Assembly: GCF_009914755.1 (NCBI RefSeq) | Contig: NC_060947.1 | Length of the DNA stretch: 64,000 bases | From: the human T2T-CHM13v2.0 reference genome, Homo sapiens | Direction: 5' to 3' (one strand) | Part shown: one piece after another, positions 41,481 through 56,307 of the stretch | Numbering within the stretch: position 1 is the stretch's first letter | Layout of the letters: each line of letters opens with the position of its first letter | Program-made: the position numbers and the translations under genes | Notes under the pieces: generated by a model | What the model was told of the DNA's origin: nothing | The model's input: the letters and a program-made list of their open reading frames with translations, nothing else | Databases searched by the model: none

Positions 41481-42290
<810 letters not shown>

Positions 42291-43689
42291 TAATAAACTA
42301 ATATAGGAACACTGTTTTTTCCTCAATCATTGTATTATGTTTATAAATCCCAAGTTAAAGAGGCCCTTCAAAATTCCTGTTACATACGTATCTGGACTCG
42401 TAATATGTTAACTGACAATTATATTCCAGGTTGGGGACTTGATTATCAAGGTCATGTAAGCAGTGCCTCTCATAAAATGATGTTATGATGGCATTTACTC
42501 CATTATGGATGTGCGACACATGACAAACATATCAGCAATTTGAAACCTATGTGTGGATCAGTTTCCAGATCTGTGAAAAGATGGAGTTAGAGAAAGTGAA
42601 CTTTATGGTCTAGACGAGGTCTAACAATGTACTATTCTAAGCATTGATAACTACTTTACAATGTTTATCAGTACTGTTTACCTTATAGTTTAAATCATAT
42701 GTTCTTCAGTGATTTTCAATAACCATTTATCAATCTCAAATCTGTATTTAGTCCTTTCTTCTGATATTATCATTTTCTTTTTAGAGAATATACATTCAAA
42801 TGAAGATGGATATTGGTCTGCTTGCTTTTGTTTTTCTAAAAAGACTTCCCAGTACTTGTCCTCTTAGATGCCCTCAGCACTCTTCTGTGAAGTAGATAAA
42901 GGCAGGATCTGTAATGAACTAATCATAAGAGAGTAATGGCCAAATATTAATTCCTTGTTTCTTCAGCCAAAAATGCTTTTTACATCACTCTAATATGATG
43001 ACTCAACCACTTCTAGCTTGTGCAACCAGAACCCATGTATTGAACACAAAAGCTTATGCTGAAGCCCATAATTGCTTTAGAAGTTGAGCAAAGTAGCTTC
43101 TTAAAATCTATTAGTCTGGAGATGTGACTTTTAGCAAGTGTAGACTAAATATTGAAGTGGTAAAAAGTGTTCACTTCAAACAAAACTGAAAGTCTTTAAA
43201 AATAACTGTTGTACACAAAACAGACACATAGAATGGGATCATCAAATCTGTTTCCATCTGATCCTTATTCTTTCTTGCATAAAATATATGCTACGTAGGG
43301 TATAGACATCCAGGTTACCATAGTGAAAAGAACATATGTTTATTAATCGGCTTTAGCCATTTGCTAGCTGGCAGTCATTGGACAAATTGAAATTCAATTT
43401 CCTTACCTGTAAAAAAGAGATTTTGTTATAAAGTCAAACGAGACTTGATATATAAAGGTCCTAGTACAGGACCTGCCATTAAGAAGATACTCAATAAATA
43501 GCTTTTGTTACCACTATTTTAGTATATTACTTGCTTATGTATACCATCACGATGGTATGCTAGCAGCTTCTTATCTCCCTGGCTGTACAGGTGATGTGTA
43601 TATGTGTAAGCCTGCCTGCTCATGTGTACATGTGTATGCATAAGGAGAGGTCAATTTTAAATATAGAGAATTTTAAATAAATCCTTCAG

Positions 43690-43923
43690 AGGAAGCACAT
43701 TGTCTGTGTTGAAATCATAAAAGGATTGCAAAAGAGAACACAGAAACATGACAGAAAAACAGTTATTGGTCTCCAGATGAGGATCTGAACGGACACCCCA
43801 GATTCCACCTTTAAAAGTCCATCTCTTAAAAGATACACAGTGAAATCCTCATTGACTTCAGAAAATCTGTCATTTCCTTCTGGCTTTAATAATTGCATTA
43901 AATGTAAACTGCAATGAGGCAAG
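43690..43923 (+). pseudogene. Gene A exon candidate 12
   Basis: ccttcAG / AAG|GTATTA; 234 bp; phase-0 frame has only 2 TGA; an alternative frame contains KNSYWSPDEDL. Confidence 0.45.
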
Positions 43924-44990
43924 GTATTATCATTTCTTATTTTCTACTGCCCCCTGGAGTCAAAGGCAAAAACAACATGAAATTTGACTTTTCTTCTGGA
44001 ATAACTCAGTGGGGATCATTCAAAAGTGAGAATGCACTATGACACTCCACAATATTTTACCCTTGGGTCAAAGATACATATAAATCACATGCTTCATATG
44101 TACAAACTACAGTAAATAGAAACTGACATCAAATGCAATAACAAGGGAAATCCTAAACTCCAGAGTGGTGCATTTTTAAAACTTTATTAAATGGTTTCTT
44201 AAATTGTGGACGAAGGCTTCAATCGGTGATCACATTGATGTAAAATAATGGTGCAGCATTTAACTTAGAAAGATAACAGAAAAAATGTGGAATATGTTTA
44301 ATAAAATATAAAATGAAATCATGATGGGAAAATCACTTAAAAATAAGCAAGGTCCACTGCACAATGTGAGAATCAAGCAAAGAAAGAACACAAATTAGAA
44401 GCAATTATAACTAACAAGCAAATTGATAACCAAGTGCATATAAGCAAGCCTTCAATGATTTTTTAAGTCAGAAAATAAAAATAACTACTATATAACAAGA
44501 CATTCATTTGGAAATCATGTCTTTGAAACATCCCCTTAACTGCCCCTCAATTATGTCCTCAGTGTTAATCATTTACTTTGAAACACTTCTGAGACTTCAT
44601 TTTACTCTCTTTAATGTTTTCCTGTGTACAAGGGTTCTCAAATAAATTGATTCAAATTATGTTTAGATAAATGTATGCACAATAGTTCATTATAATCATT
44701 GTTATTATACTAAGGGAAGAGTCTTGTCGGTATTAACTTTCTTTAAATGAGTCTGTCAGAATACTCATTAGAGCAATAATTTATTTCAGGTCAATTCTTA
44801 TTAATCAAGTAATAAGAAAGACAGTATTATAAATATCTTTTAAGGTTCTCTACTTCACAGTTAGCAGTGCAGGAGGAGAAACATTTTTAAATCAAATATT
44901 TTAATTGAAATTTATTGTTTTCTTTAAATCTACATTCCTCTAAAACTCATAATGAAAATGTACCCAAAAGTCAAGTGGATATTTTAATAG

Positions 44991-45262
44991 TCATTAGGCA
45001 TACAGAAATAAGACACAGACCCTGTTTCAAAGGAGGAACTACATAAATACATATACAAATATACCAGGAAATATGTGTTTAACTGCTCTCCCCATTTTCC
45101 TTCCCAGCCAGAAACAGATGGCCTGGGAGTAATAAGAAAGTAAGAAACGATCAAGAAATTGACAACAATAACAACAACAGAAAAACCACTTCCTCTTAAA
45201 GAGAAACCAAAATCTAAAACACATGGAGACATATAGGGACAATGAGCAAAATCAACCATCTG
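44991..45262 (+). pseudogene. Gene A putative terminal exon
   Basis: attttaatAG; ...VSKEELHKYIYKYTRKYVFNCSPHFPSQPETDGLGVIRK*ETIKK... Confidence 0.4.
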
Positions 45263-45309
45263 AATAGGAATTTATTCCAGATGCAATTAGTTGTATAGCA
45301 TAGTTAGTC

Positions 45310-45518
45310 CAGTGGCCCTCCTGTTAAATCCAGCTCAATGCCTGTCTTGTAAATAAAGTTTTATTGGAATACTGCAATGCGCATTCATGTATGTATTGTC
45401 TCTGGCTGCTTTTGCACTACAAGGCAGAGTTCAGTAGTTGTGACAGAGACTGTATAGCCTGCAAAGCCTAAAATATTTACTATCCTGCCTTTTATAGAAA
45501 AAGTTTGCCAGTCTTTGA
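45310..45518. mobile_element. MER58A DNA transposon
   Basis: gtaaataaagttttattggaa...gcctgcaaagcctaaaatatttactatc...aaaaagtttgcc. Confidence 0.8.
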
Positions 45519-45670
45519 ACTGGAGAAATATTTTAAAGTAAGTATTCTTTACTTATGCTCAAAGACCTAAATAAAGCATCACAACCATTTTTAAAAAGTA
45601 GTTAAGAACAATGGGAGAAATGAAACAAGAGCAGATGAATATAAGAAAAGAAAATGTTAAAAATCGTGTT

Positions 45671-45990
<320 letters not shown>

Positions 45991-46009
45991 TTAAGTTCTT
46001 GTAAAATAA

Positions 46010-46440
46010 ATAAAAAATGGGCAAAAGATTGTAACAGAAAACAAACACACATACTCAAATGGTCAATAAATTTGAAAATATGTTAAACCTCATCAGTAAT
46101 CATGGAAATGTCAATTAAAATGAGATATCATTGCATATCTCTCAGAATGACCAACAAATACAATTCTGAAAATACAAATTATTGGTAAGAAGAAATACAA
46201 TTATTAGTAAGAAGGAGAAACAAACACTAAAACATGTTTCTTTCATTACAATTGCTTTGCAGAGAAAACTAGCCCTTGTGTCTAGTAGAGTTGAAAATGT
46301 AAATACTCTATAAGCCAGCAATTCAACTACTAGATGTGTACCTTATAGAAACCCACCACATACACTAAGGCAACTGGTACATTATTTGTAGCAGAATCAT
46401 TGTCAGCAGTAGAGTATTGAAAACAAATATTGTCTCTATT
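46010..46440 (+). mobile_element. L1ME-like ORF2-end fragment
   Basis: aaatgggcaaaagatt...cctcatcagtaatcatggaaatg...ccagcaattcaactactag. Confidence 0.6.
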
Positions 46441-46494
46441 ACCTAGATCTCAGATAAGCCTACATAAAATTAACCCAAAAATTAAGTGGCTTTA

Positions 46495-46832
46495 TTTTTA
46501 TTTTTTATTTTATTTAATTTATTTATTTATTTATTTATTTATTTTTGAGACGGAGTCTCGCTCTGTCGCCCAGGCTGGAGTGCAGTGGCGCGATCTCGGC
46601 TCACTGCAAGCTCCGCCTCCCGAGTTCACGCCATTCTCCTGCCTTAGCCTTCTATTAGCTAGGACTACAGGTGCCCGCCACAAAGCCCAGCTAATTTTTT
46701 GTAGTTTTTTTTTTAGTAGAGACGGGATTTCACCGTATTAGCCAGGATGGTCTCGATCTCCTGACCTCGTGACCCGCCCGCCTCGGCCTCCCAAAGTGCT
46801 GGGATTACAGGCGTGAGCCACCGCGCCCGGCC
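46495..46832 (-). mobile_element. AluY
   Basis: Y diagnostics ctgcaagctccgcctcc, ttcacgccattctc, ttagccaggatggtctcgatctcc; TSD aaaattaagtg[g/a]c; (TTTA)n tail. Confidence 0.95.
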
Positions 46833-47379
46833 AAAATTAAGTGACATTAAAACAATTATTATTTATTTTTGCTCCCATGCCTAATTCAAAGCTGAGATTC
46901 TCTTTCTAAATTAGCAGACTTGACACTTCCTATTCTTCACTGGACATTGTAGCTCAATCACGAGATTCCTACAAGAACCTAGGGTTGTCAGGGAATGATA
47001 CAAAGGTAAGATACACTTCTGGATAAGCCTAGGATCTAGCGAGACAACTCAGGCACACAGCAATTATTCAACAAGTGTTCTTTGAATTGAAGTACTTCAC
47101 TTCCCAAGCTTGATAGAACTAGGTGTTGCAATACTTCAAGCCACAGGGAATCCTTATGTGGAAAACAACTCTACATAGCCATAACTGCGGAATAATAATA
47201 GAACATATTTTAAATGGCAATTAATACATCCTTCTCCACAATCCCTAAGTCTTTACCTAGATATGATTGTTCTCTCTGTAGCAAAGTAGAAGAAAGTGGG
47301 AAAAAGAATCACCCTAACTTTTCTCATTATTTTCCCACTTCCAACCAGATTCTAATGCCTTCTCATTTACTGTCAGCTA

Positions 47380-48442
47380 CAGGCTTTCTCCCGAGGCCCT
47401 CATTGATATTCACTGGGCATTTTGATATGAGAATTAGGATATTTGTAATCCAATTCCAACGATCATCCTAGGATAATTCACGGTTTGTGTGGACTTACCA
47501 TGTAGCCACCAAGCCTCAGTTCCTTCATTTTTTAAACTACATTGACCTTCAATGCTACACAACCACAGCCATCTGCATCCAAGGCCTCACTCAGAAACAC
47601 TCTGGAATCAACTCATCTGCTGGAAAGAATGCCAGTAAATAAGTCTTGTTCTTCCTAGTTCTCACATACTCGATCTGACTCTGACCACCTCTGTTCTTCA
47701 GCTTCACCAAGATCATTACTGTCTCCCTTGATCTTACAGTTTCCCCCAGCCAATTGTCAACCTACTGGCCTCTCCTGTCTCTATATCATACCTAGTTCCC
47801 ATGGTTTACCATCTGGATTTCTCTCTCACCTGTACCTTTTACTCCTATCCACTGTCGTACTCACCTTGTAAAAGCTCTACCATGGACTAGTGCCATGTCA
47901 CGCCCCCACCACTCATGCATCTTGGCAGCTGCACACTAGTGGAGGTGATCAAGCACTACAAACTGATCTTTAGTCTTCACAAGGCTTTCAGTACTGCTTG
48001 TGATTACCTCTTATCCTTTGCCAGCATGTTCCAAATGTTCACAACTATCAGCCTCCTACTCAAACTCTGTACTCATGTTAAGCTGTCAATTTAGCTTCCT
48101 GGTTCATCATCAAGAAACATGACTCAATCTGATGTGTTCTTCCTTAATTTTCTGTCCATTATTAAATTAACTGCATGCATGTCTATCCTCATATTGTTTT
48201 TCCAGTCTCAAAGGATGAAATATCCCTACTCTTTTTCAAGGCTAGTGCCTCCCCTGTGCCTTCAATAACAGGCCTTCAGCAGGACCAGGACTAGGGTGAA
48301 GCAAGAGAGGTGCCCAGGGCACAAGATGTAAGGAGGCCCATCCTTGAATGCTGACTTTACACTTGTATGACCCTGGGAGCGATTGCATGCTTACACTTTG
48401 TGCCTTGGAAGCTTAATTTGCCTCACCCTAATTTAGTTCTTG
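47380..48442 (+). mobile_element. L2 fragments plus MER96-like hAT element (48281-48442)
   Basis: Pyrimidine-rich L2; caggactagggtgaagcaag...gcctcaccctaa inverted termini. Confidence 0.55.
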
Positions 48443-48639
48443 CCCTCACCCTCCTCCAAAGGCCTGATTCATCATGCATCCACACTTCCTCTATTTTTAA
48501 CCTCTCTCTACTACACAGTCTTTCTACTCATCCTACACAATGTTCAAGTCATGCTCTGTTTCTTTATATTGTGAATTTCACAAAATGCCTTCTTCCATAG
48601 AGGTCGTGACTGGTTTACGACCGTTTGTAACTAGGCACT

Positions 48640-49103
48640 TGTGATGGTTAATTTTATGTGTCAACTTGCCTGAGTTAAACGATGCCCAGGAAACTGGTAA
48701 AAAATATATTTCTGGGAGTGCCTGTGAGGGTGTTTCTGGAAGAGATTAGCATTTAACTTAATAGACTGAAAAAAGCAGATCTTCCTTCCCCAGTCTCATC
48801 AGGCATCATCCAATCTGTTGAGGGCTTGAATAGAGCAAAAAGGCACAAGAAAGGCTACTTCACTCCTTTCTTGAGCTAGGACATTCATTATCTCCTGTCC
48901 AAGGACATCTGAAGTAGTGGTTCTCATACCTTCAGACTCAGACTAAATTACATAACTGGCTTTCCTGAGTCTCCAGCTTGCAGATGGCAGATTTTGGGAC
49001 TTATCAGCCTCTGTAATCGTATAAGCCAATTCCCATAATAAATATCTCATATAAATTATATATTCTATTCATTCTGTTTCTCTGGAAAATTCTGGCTAAC
49101 ACA
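48640..49103 (+). mobile_element. MLT2 (B/D-like) ERVL solo LTR
   Basis: tgtgatggttaattttatgtgtcaacttg...tctgtttctctggaaaattctggctaacaca. Confidence 0.9.
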
Positions 49104-49309
49104 GTAGTTGAATATGAATAGTTTTGGTATTCAGTAATAGGAAGTAAATTTGGCTCTCCCACCTTGTCAACATTCTCTAATAGCAACTTTGTCATTAATA
49201 AGGATGATACTTTGGTTTCTTTGTGTCCTAGTCATTAGTCTTTTTCCCCTGAATTTATTCAGAATCTAGACAATGAAAAGGATTGCTATTTATTCAGCAC
49301 TCCTCATAG

Positions 49310-49960
49310 TCCCCAACATCTACATTCCCATCTAAATATGCTATTCTTTGTGTCTAGAATCAAAACATGACCCAATTTAAGTCAATCAACTCCTATTCAT
49401 CCTTCAAACCTCAGTTATTGCCTGAGAGAAGCCCTCCTCCATCCTAACCTGAAACTAGGTCACATATGCCTATAAGTTCCTCTAATACGAGATACCTCTC
49501 GTTTGCATCAATTACTATGGGGTAATTTTCTATTTCTTTGTTTAATTATCTGATTATCTGTCTCTTCTATTAGCATGTAAGCTCTCCCTAAGAGGGCTGT
49601 TTTAACTCACCATATATCTGAAGTTCCTAGAACAATGCTTTGCACATTCATAGGTGATGATCAATGCACATTTTCTGAATGAATTACTGAATAACAAAGT
49701 TTAGTTCTTACCTCCTCTAGAAAGCTTTCCCTAACAGGCCTAGACTGGGTGTCCGTCTTCTATTTTCCACAGCAGAAGTGTGTTTCCTTTTCATTTATCT
49801 GAGCACAAGACACTATAACTGTTTATAACTTTGTCTCCATGACTATCTCCTGACCTTTTTGAAGGCAAGTGTTTAATTATATTCACCTTGGAATCTTTAG
49901 CACCTATCACAGTCCCTTCCTGGGATAGATGAGCAATAAATTTTTATTGAAGGAATGAAA
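49310..49960 (+). mobile_element. L2 3'-end fragments
   Basis: Two L2 tails (caatgcacattttctgaatgaat; caataaatttttattgaaggaatgaa). Confidence 0.6.
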
Positions 49961-50622
49961 TTATGTAGGCTTTTTTCCATAACAAAAGTTGTAGTCTTTA
50001 AAAGTTAGGTAGCAACGAGAGTTGATGAAAACAGTTCAGTAGGTCTGAGTGTGCACATCTAACTGCAGGAAGTTAACAAAGCTAACCCTTGGAAAATGTC
50101 CTGATATTTATAGTTGATGGCATATGGCAGATGAGGATATATGATAAGAAACCAAGTCTTTTACCTTCAGTAAATAACCAACTCCAGGTGTCTTTTTTAC
50201 CAAGATAGTTATGCAATTTTAACACATTTTTCAAATGCCTAAGCAACGTCAGGTACCTAGAGAATAATACCACTGCCAAAAGTAATGGAACTAAAATTTA
50301 ATTTGTAGAAAGAAAGCCAGAACAAAGTTAAAAAAAAAAAAACACGTAAAAGTGACATCATTCTTTCTGAAAAATATAAAGATTCCAAGATACATTCTTC
50401 AAAAGCATAGGGGCAAAAACACCTTTTCCAAATTCAAAATGTTATAACCATATCCAGAGAAAGAGTAAATACTAATATCAGAAGGCTTAAAAAGTATAGA
50501 TTATATATCACTACATAAAATTATTTTATATGCATCCTATCATTTAAGTTACAAAATCTCTACAAAAGTATCATTATTGATTTAGTTTTATAACAAACAA
50601 AACTGAGGTATACAAGGCTAAG

Positions 50623-50629
<7 letters not shown>

Positions 50630-50653
<24 letters not shown>

Positions 50654-50762
50654 GAGACGGAGTCTCTCTCTGTGGCCCAGGCTGCTCACTGCAAGCTCTG
50701 CCTCTGGGGTTCACACCATTCTGCCTCAGCCTCCCGAGTAGCTGGGACTACAGGCACCCGCC
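50630..50762 (-). mobile_element. 5'-truncated AluY right arm in a MIR
   Basis: T27 tail, ctgcaagctctgcc, internal deletion; TSD aaggctaag[a/g]tgattt. Confidence 0.88.
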
Positions 50763-51724
50763 AAGGCTAAGGTGATTTAAGATAGCATAATTATTAACTT
50801 TATGATTCTTATTATACTATATCATGCTGCCTCCCTAACAGTGAGAGTAACTCAATGTATCTTTAACTCTGTCACAAAATTTATAAGAACACCATATAAA
50901 CCCTAATAGCTAATTTATACCCTAATATTGTATCCCTATTAATATGATCCAATATTTTGGATAAAATGGCTAGAAATACCCTTCACATGTATGATGGCAC
51001 TCTGGAAAAGTCTGTAGTGTGATTTACAGTGGGGATTTTGTTGAAGACTTTTTATGACCAAATAATTTTCTTTCAGTCTTGGATATTCATATTCTTGTTA
51101 TTGCTTGTTGCCCCAGAAAATAAATATACTATACAATAACAATTTTTTCAACTCCAAATCTCAATTTTGCTTAGTTTTAAGGCCTTAAAATTTTGATATT
51201 TGATCCTTTTCTCTTAAATACTTCAGAATCTTTAAATTATCTTTAGCAAACACTTCTTCAAAACATGTGCTGGGATACCACTTTATAACATAAATTTTTG
51301 ACTTTTAGATAAAATGATAATGTGCTATTCACTCTTTTTTTTTTTAAAAAAAAGAATGCTTATTAGTGCTAAGAAAGGCTTCAAAGTACGCTGCTTCAAA
51401 ACATTAAAATGCTATAAGAATTCTGGCCATTTAGAAAATAACGTAGAAGGTAGAAAAAGTAAGGAAAAAGAAACACTTGCTCCCATTAGCAAATGCAGTA
51501 GGCAGCAACCATTCTTACCCCAAATACCTTCCTGTTGGTTTGTTATGCTATATTTTATATGCACTTGTATATATTATATATAATATGTATACATATTATA
51601 AAACCATATTTAGCACATCAAACTTGTGAATGTACTGGTATTACCACCTAGAACAAAGCAAAAGTAAGTGGAAATGGTAGCAATGAGTTGATTCAAATAA
51701 AAATGTAAAGTAAATGATAACACA

Positions 51725-52307
51725 GGTAGTTCAACAGGTATGGGAAAAGCCATGAAGATGATAAAAAAATGCCAAATCTTTGGGGAAACCTTGGTTAAGA
51801 AAGTATGTCTTCAGGTAGTCTCTTTTGTAGGCTCTCTAATTTTTGAAGATATGAGCGTGATACATAGAATAAAGCTATTCCGTATCAATTCTGTCAAACC
51901 AAATCCTAGAAGATCATGGAACAGGACGCAAACTGGCAGGTGGTGGAAGGGAGAAGGCAGGAGAGAGAAGGGCAAGGAAGCACAGAATCATGGGACTCTA
52001 CTCAAGGTTTGGAATAAAGGTTGAGTGTACCTGGGAGACAAAAAAGGGGACCATGAGAAGTGATAGAGACTCCAGAAGACAGCTGTCTAGTCCCAGTGGA
52101 AAGGATAAAGCTGAGTACAGTGTACTTTCTATTACTCGCATAGTACACTTACCCAGGGTCCCTGAAACAACTGGTGTAGCTGAAATATGTCTTGCCCTGG
52201 GATGAATTCCTTCCAGGAAGACTTCACAGTCACTCATGATAAATGGATCCCCAGAGGTCCTACCCGACAGACCTTTCACATATGCCCATCTGTGTCTGAA
52301 TCCTAGG
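51725..52307 (-). pseudogene. Gene B exon candidates 52307-52153 and 51905-~51725
   Basis: tgtgtttAG...GG|GTAAGT then atcttctAG; junction reads GKTYFSYTSCFRDPG|IWFDRIDTE*LYSMYHAHIFKN*RAYKRDYLKTYFLNQGFPKDLAFFYHLHGFSHT. Confidence 0.55.
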
Positions 52308-53099
52308 CTAAACACAACATACACTGCCAAATGGAAGTGCTATAAAGAATCCGCAAATAATACAATTTAATGTAGCAAAACTATGCATACTTATTCTAAG
52401 AAAAGGAATTAAGGGAGTGCCAAGGGCGTAAAGAGATTTAAGTGAAATAAACACCACAGTGCACTGCTTTTTATTTATGTGCAAACTCTTTCTCTTAGGA
52501 GTATATCTTAGGAAGATTTACAGAAACCAACTGATGAAAAATGAAAAATGGTAAAATGACACTAGTACAGTAAATACTGATGGAGATTATGAAAGCACGA
52601 ATACACATTTGCAGGGTTATTTTAAAGATCAGTGAATTGCACTGAAATTGTAATTGAAACAAAAATGAAAACAAAAATATTAAATCCCATTTCTAATGCA
52701 GGTGTCACACGATACTTTGATAAGTTTATTGAGTATTTTTAGTATTATATAGTGCTATGTGTTTGAACAGGTAATCATAATTCCATCAGTTACCTACTTC
52801 CTACCTGCAAACTTTTCTGCATCCAAACCATTCTTCCCCTGCTCCCTTCTAAGCACAATGCCTGTTTACCTTCCTGTGCTCTTAATCCTACCCCCTGTGG
52901 CCTCTTCACAGACTGTTCTTCATGAATTTCTCAATATCCTTAAGTCACTTGAATATCTCTCATTTTACTGATGCCTTTCTAACAACACTTAAACATGTTC
53001 AATTAAAAATAAACAATATTATTTGATCCTACATCGCCCTACATCTACCACTCTGTCTTATGCCTCCGCTTCACAGAAAAAGTTATTTCAAACAAGTTT

Positions 53100-53438
53100 A
53101 TAGAAACAAGGAGCAGAATGGTGGTTACCAAGGACTGGAGGAGAGGGGCGAGGTTCTGGGGAGACATTGGTCGAAAGATATCAAATTTCAGTTAGACAGG
53201 GGAAATAAGTCCCCAGATATCCATTGCACAGCATGGTGATTATAGTTAATAACAATGTACTGTATAATTGAAATTGCTAAGAGAATAGATTTCAAGTGCT
53301 CTCATCACAAAAAGTGATAAGTATGTGAGGTAATGAGTATGCTATTTGCTTGATTTAGATATTCCACAATGCATATATATATATATATAAACATCATTTG
53401 TACACCTTATCTTTTTTATTTGTCATTTAAAATAAATA
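53100..53438 (+). mobile_element. L1MA 3'UTR fragment
   Basis: agaatggtggttaccaagg...gaaattgctaagagaatagatttcaagtg. Confidence 0.8.
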
Positions 53439-54559
53439 GGAAAAAATTCAAGAATTGTCTATATTTGCATTCTCCACTGTGAAAAACTTTGCAACTCCCT
53501 AGAATTAACAGATGACCTGTTTTTTTTTTTTTTTTGGACAGACCTATTTATGTTTCCTGTCCCAGTGTTATTATTAATTGTGCCTTCTTTCATTCTCTAA
53601 AATGAAATGAGTTGGATAATAAAATTATATGGTCACCCTATATCTGTAACAACATGTTAAAAATATTTTTTGAAAAAGAAAATGTACAATTCTCATAGGA
53701 GCAAATAGCAGCATAAATACATACATACATACAGTACCTAGGAATAAGCAATGTTAACCAGTTTTAGAGCCATTTTCAATATTCTACCAAGAAACATAAA
53801 TATGGCAAAAGCTACACTGTGACCAAGAATTAGACTATCTAAATATAGTGAGGAAGAAATTATTTGAATGAAATTGTAATGACAGTCCAAGTGGGATTTT
53901 TCAGAAAATTTTACAAGATGATGCACATTTTTTTTTACAGAAGCAAATGCCAAATAAGTATTTGAAGAAAGAATAATCCTCAGAGGAAAAGTAGTGATAA
54001 GAAAAACTAAACTAAGTTATAAAGTTAAAATAATGCAAATCATATGATAAGGAGCGTGTGACACGGAAAAAAATAAATTTACCAGGGGTGAAATAAAAAA
54101 CATAAAAAAGTCTATTTTGACTTGACCTCAAGGTATACATTAATATTATTGCCAACATATGAATTGACAGTAATACATATATATATAATAACACTTACAG
54201 TGTAATATACTGATAGTGAATGCACAAATATTTTGTATTGGTGGACATGTGTGATCAACAAAGATTGAAGACTCTCTACTAGATAATTCAGAAAAAGATC
54301 TTGTCATGTATAAAATATAATATATAATAAAGAAAATCGTAAAGTCCTGGAGAAGAAATAAATGAATGACACTGGTATAATTTCTTAGCAATTGAGGAAA
54401 TTATGTATTCATCTTATTTCATGCAGCAAAATAAATTGCAGTTAGATGACAAAAAAATTAAAATCAATTAATCAGTAAAACCTTAGAAGATAAGAGAAAT
54501 AAACTTTTTCAAGTATAAATGTGTGACATTCTCAATTTCAAAGCAGAAAGAAACTTCCA

Positions 54560-55898
54560 TTGTATTTTTTACTAACTCTATTCTTCAGAATTTCTGGATT
54601 TTTTTTATATTTTCTCTTCGTTGAAATTCTAGTTTTGTTCATGTGTTATTTTCTGATCCCATTGAGTTGTTTGTGTTCCTTTGTAGCCTATTGAGCTTCC
54701 GTATAAGAGTTATTTGAAATCTTTGCCAAGTAATTCATAGTTCTCAATTTCTTTGAGTCAGTTGTGGAAAATTATTGCATTCATTTGATGGTTTCATATT
54801 TCCTTGATTTTTAGTATTCCTTGAAGTCTCAAGTTTTGGGGTTTTTGTTTGTTTGTTTGTTTTGTCACATTTGAAGAAATAATCACCTCATCCTTCAGTC
54901 TTCACTGACTGGTTTGGAAAGAAAAAGGCTTTCGCCACTCAGCCAGATTAGGGGTTCTGGGGGTCTCAGGCCTCTTCTATGGGTGGACCCACTCTATTCT
55001 TCTTGTTCTCTCTTGGGAGCAGGAAAAGTTTTAGAACTGTATGCGTTCTCTCAATCCCAAAAAGCCAGGCTGGATGCTGATAGCCTCCATTTCTTTTCCC
55101 TAGGGAAGTCCCCTAACGTGTTCAAAGTTAGCACTGTCTCCCAATCCAGCCATACTGAATTGTCTGTAAGAGCTCATGCACGATGAGAAACTACAAATGA
55201 ATCCATGCATTTATGCTCAACCGATCTTTCACAAAGATGCAAAGCCTTACAATGGGGAAAAGGTTATGTTTTCAATAAATGTTGAAGTGAAAACTGGACA
55301 TTCACATAAAAAAAAAAGAACCCTTATTTAACACTATTGTAAAAAATCAACACAAAATGGATTAAAGACTTAAACATAAGACCCCAAACTGTCAAACTAT
55401 TAGAATAAAACCTAGAGAAAAAGCTTCTTGACTTTGGTCTGGGCAATAATTTTTTTAAATACGATCTCCAAATCATAGGTAACAAGAGTAAAATAGACAA
55501 GTAGAACTACATCAAACTTTAAAACTTCTGCGTATCAAAGGAAACATTCAACAGAGTAAAGAGGCAATCTATGAAACGGTACAAAGTTTCAGCTATACAG
55601 GATAAATACTTTCTGGAGGTCTAATGTATAGCATGGTGACTATAGTTAATAGTACAATATTGTACACTTGAAATTTGGTAAGATAGCATATCTTAAATTT
55701 TCTCAGCACCAAAATAAATGCTAACTATGTGAAGTTGTGGATATGTTAGTTAGCTTGATAATGGTAATTATTTCACTATAAATATATATATATGTTTTTA
55801 CAGTATTGGTATATATACATATATGAATACATCATGTTGTACACCATAAATGCATATAATTTTTGCTTGTCAATTTACTTCATTAATGCTGAAAAAAA
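54560..55898. mobile_element. L1MA pieces: 5'/ORF1-region fragment on - (54560-55185) joined to ORF2/3'UTR on + (55186-55898)
   Basis: Orientation switch at ~55185; ORF2 jumps into the 3'UTR at ~55577. Confidence 0.7.
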
Positions 55899-55960
55899 TA
55901 GAGAAGTATGGTATTCTCTTTAACAATGAAATTTCAGGCAGTGATTAAAAAGATGATTCA

Positions 55961-56307
<347 letters not shown>

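Noticed and set aside
42785-42815. Possible micro-exon of gene A (ttttctttttAG...TTG|GTCTGC)
   Set aside because: Too short to judge; weak donor and ambiguous phase.
51365-51647. Possible micro-exons of gene B (51647-51605 YQYIHKFDVL; ~51423-51365)
   Set aside because: The phases only fit with an extra frameshift and a repaired donor; left out of the model.
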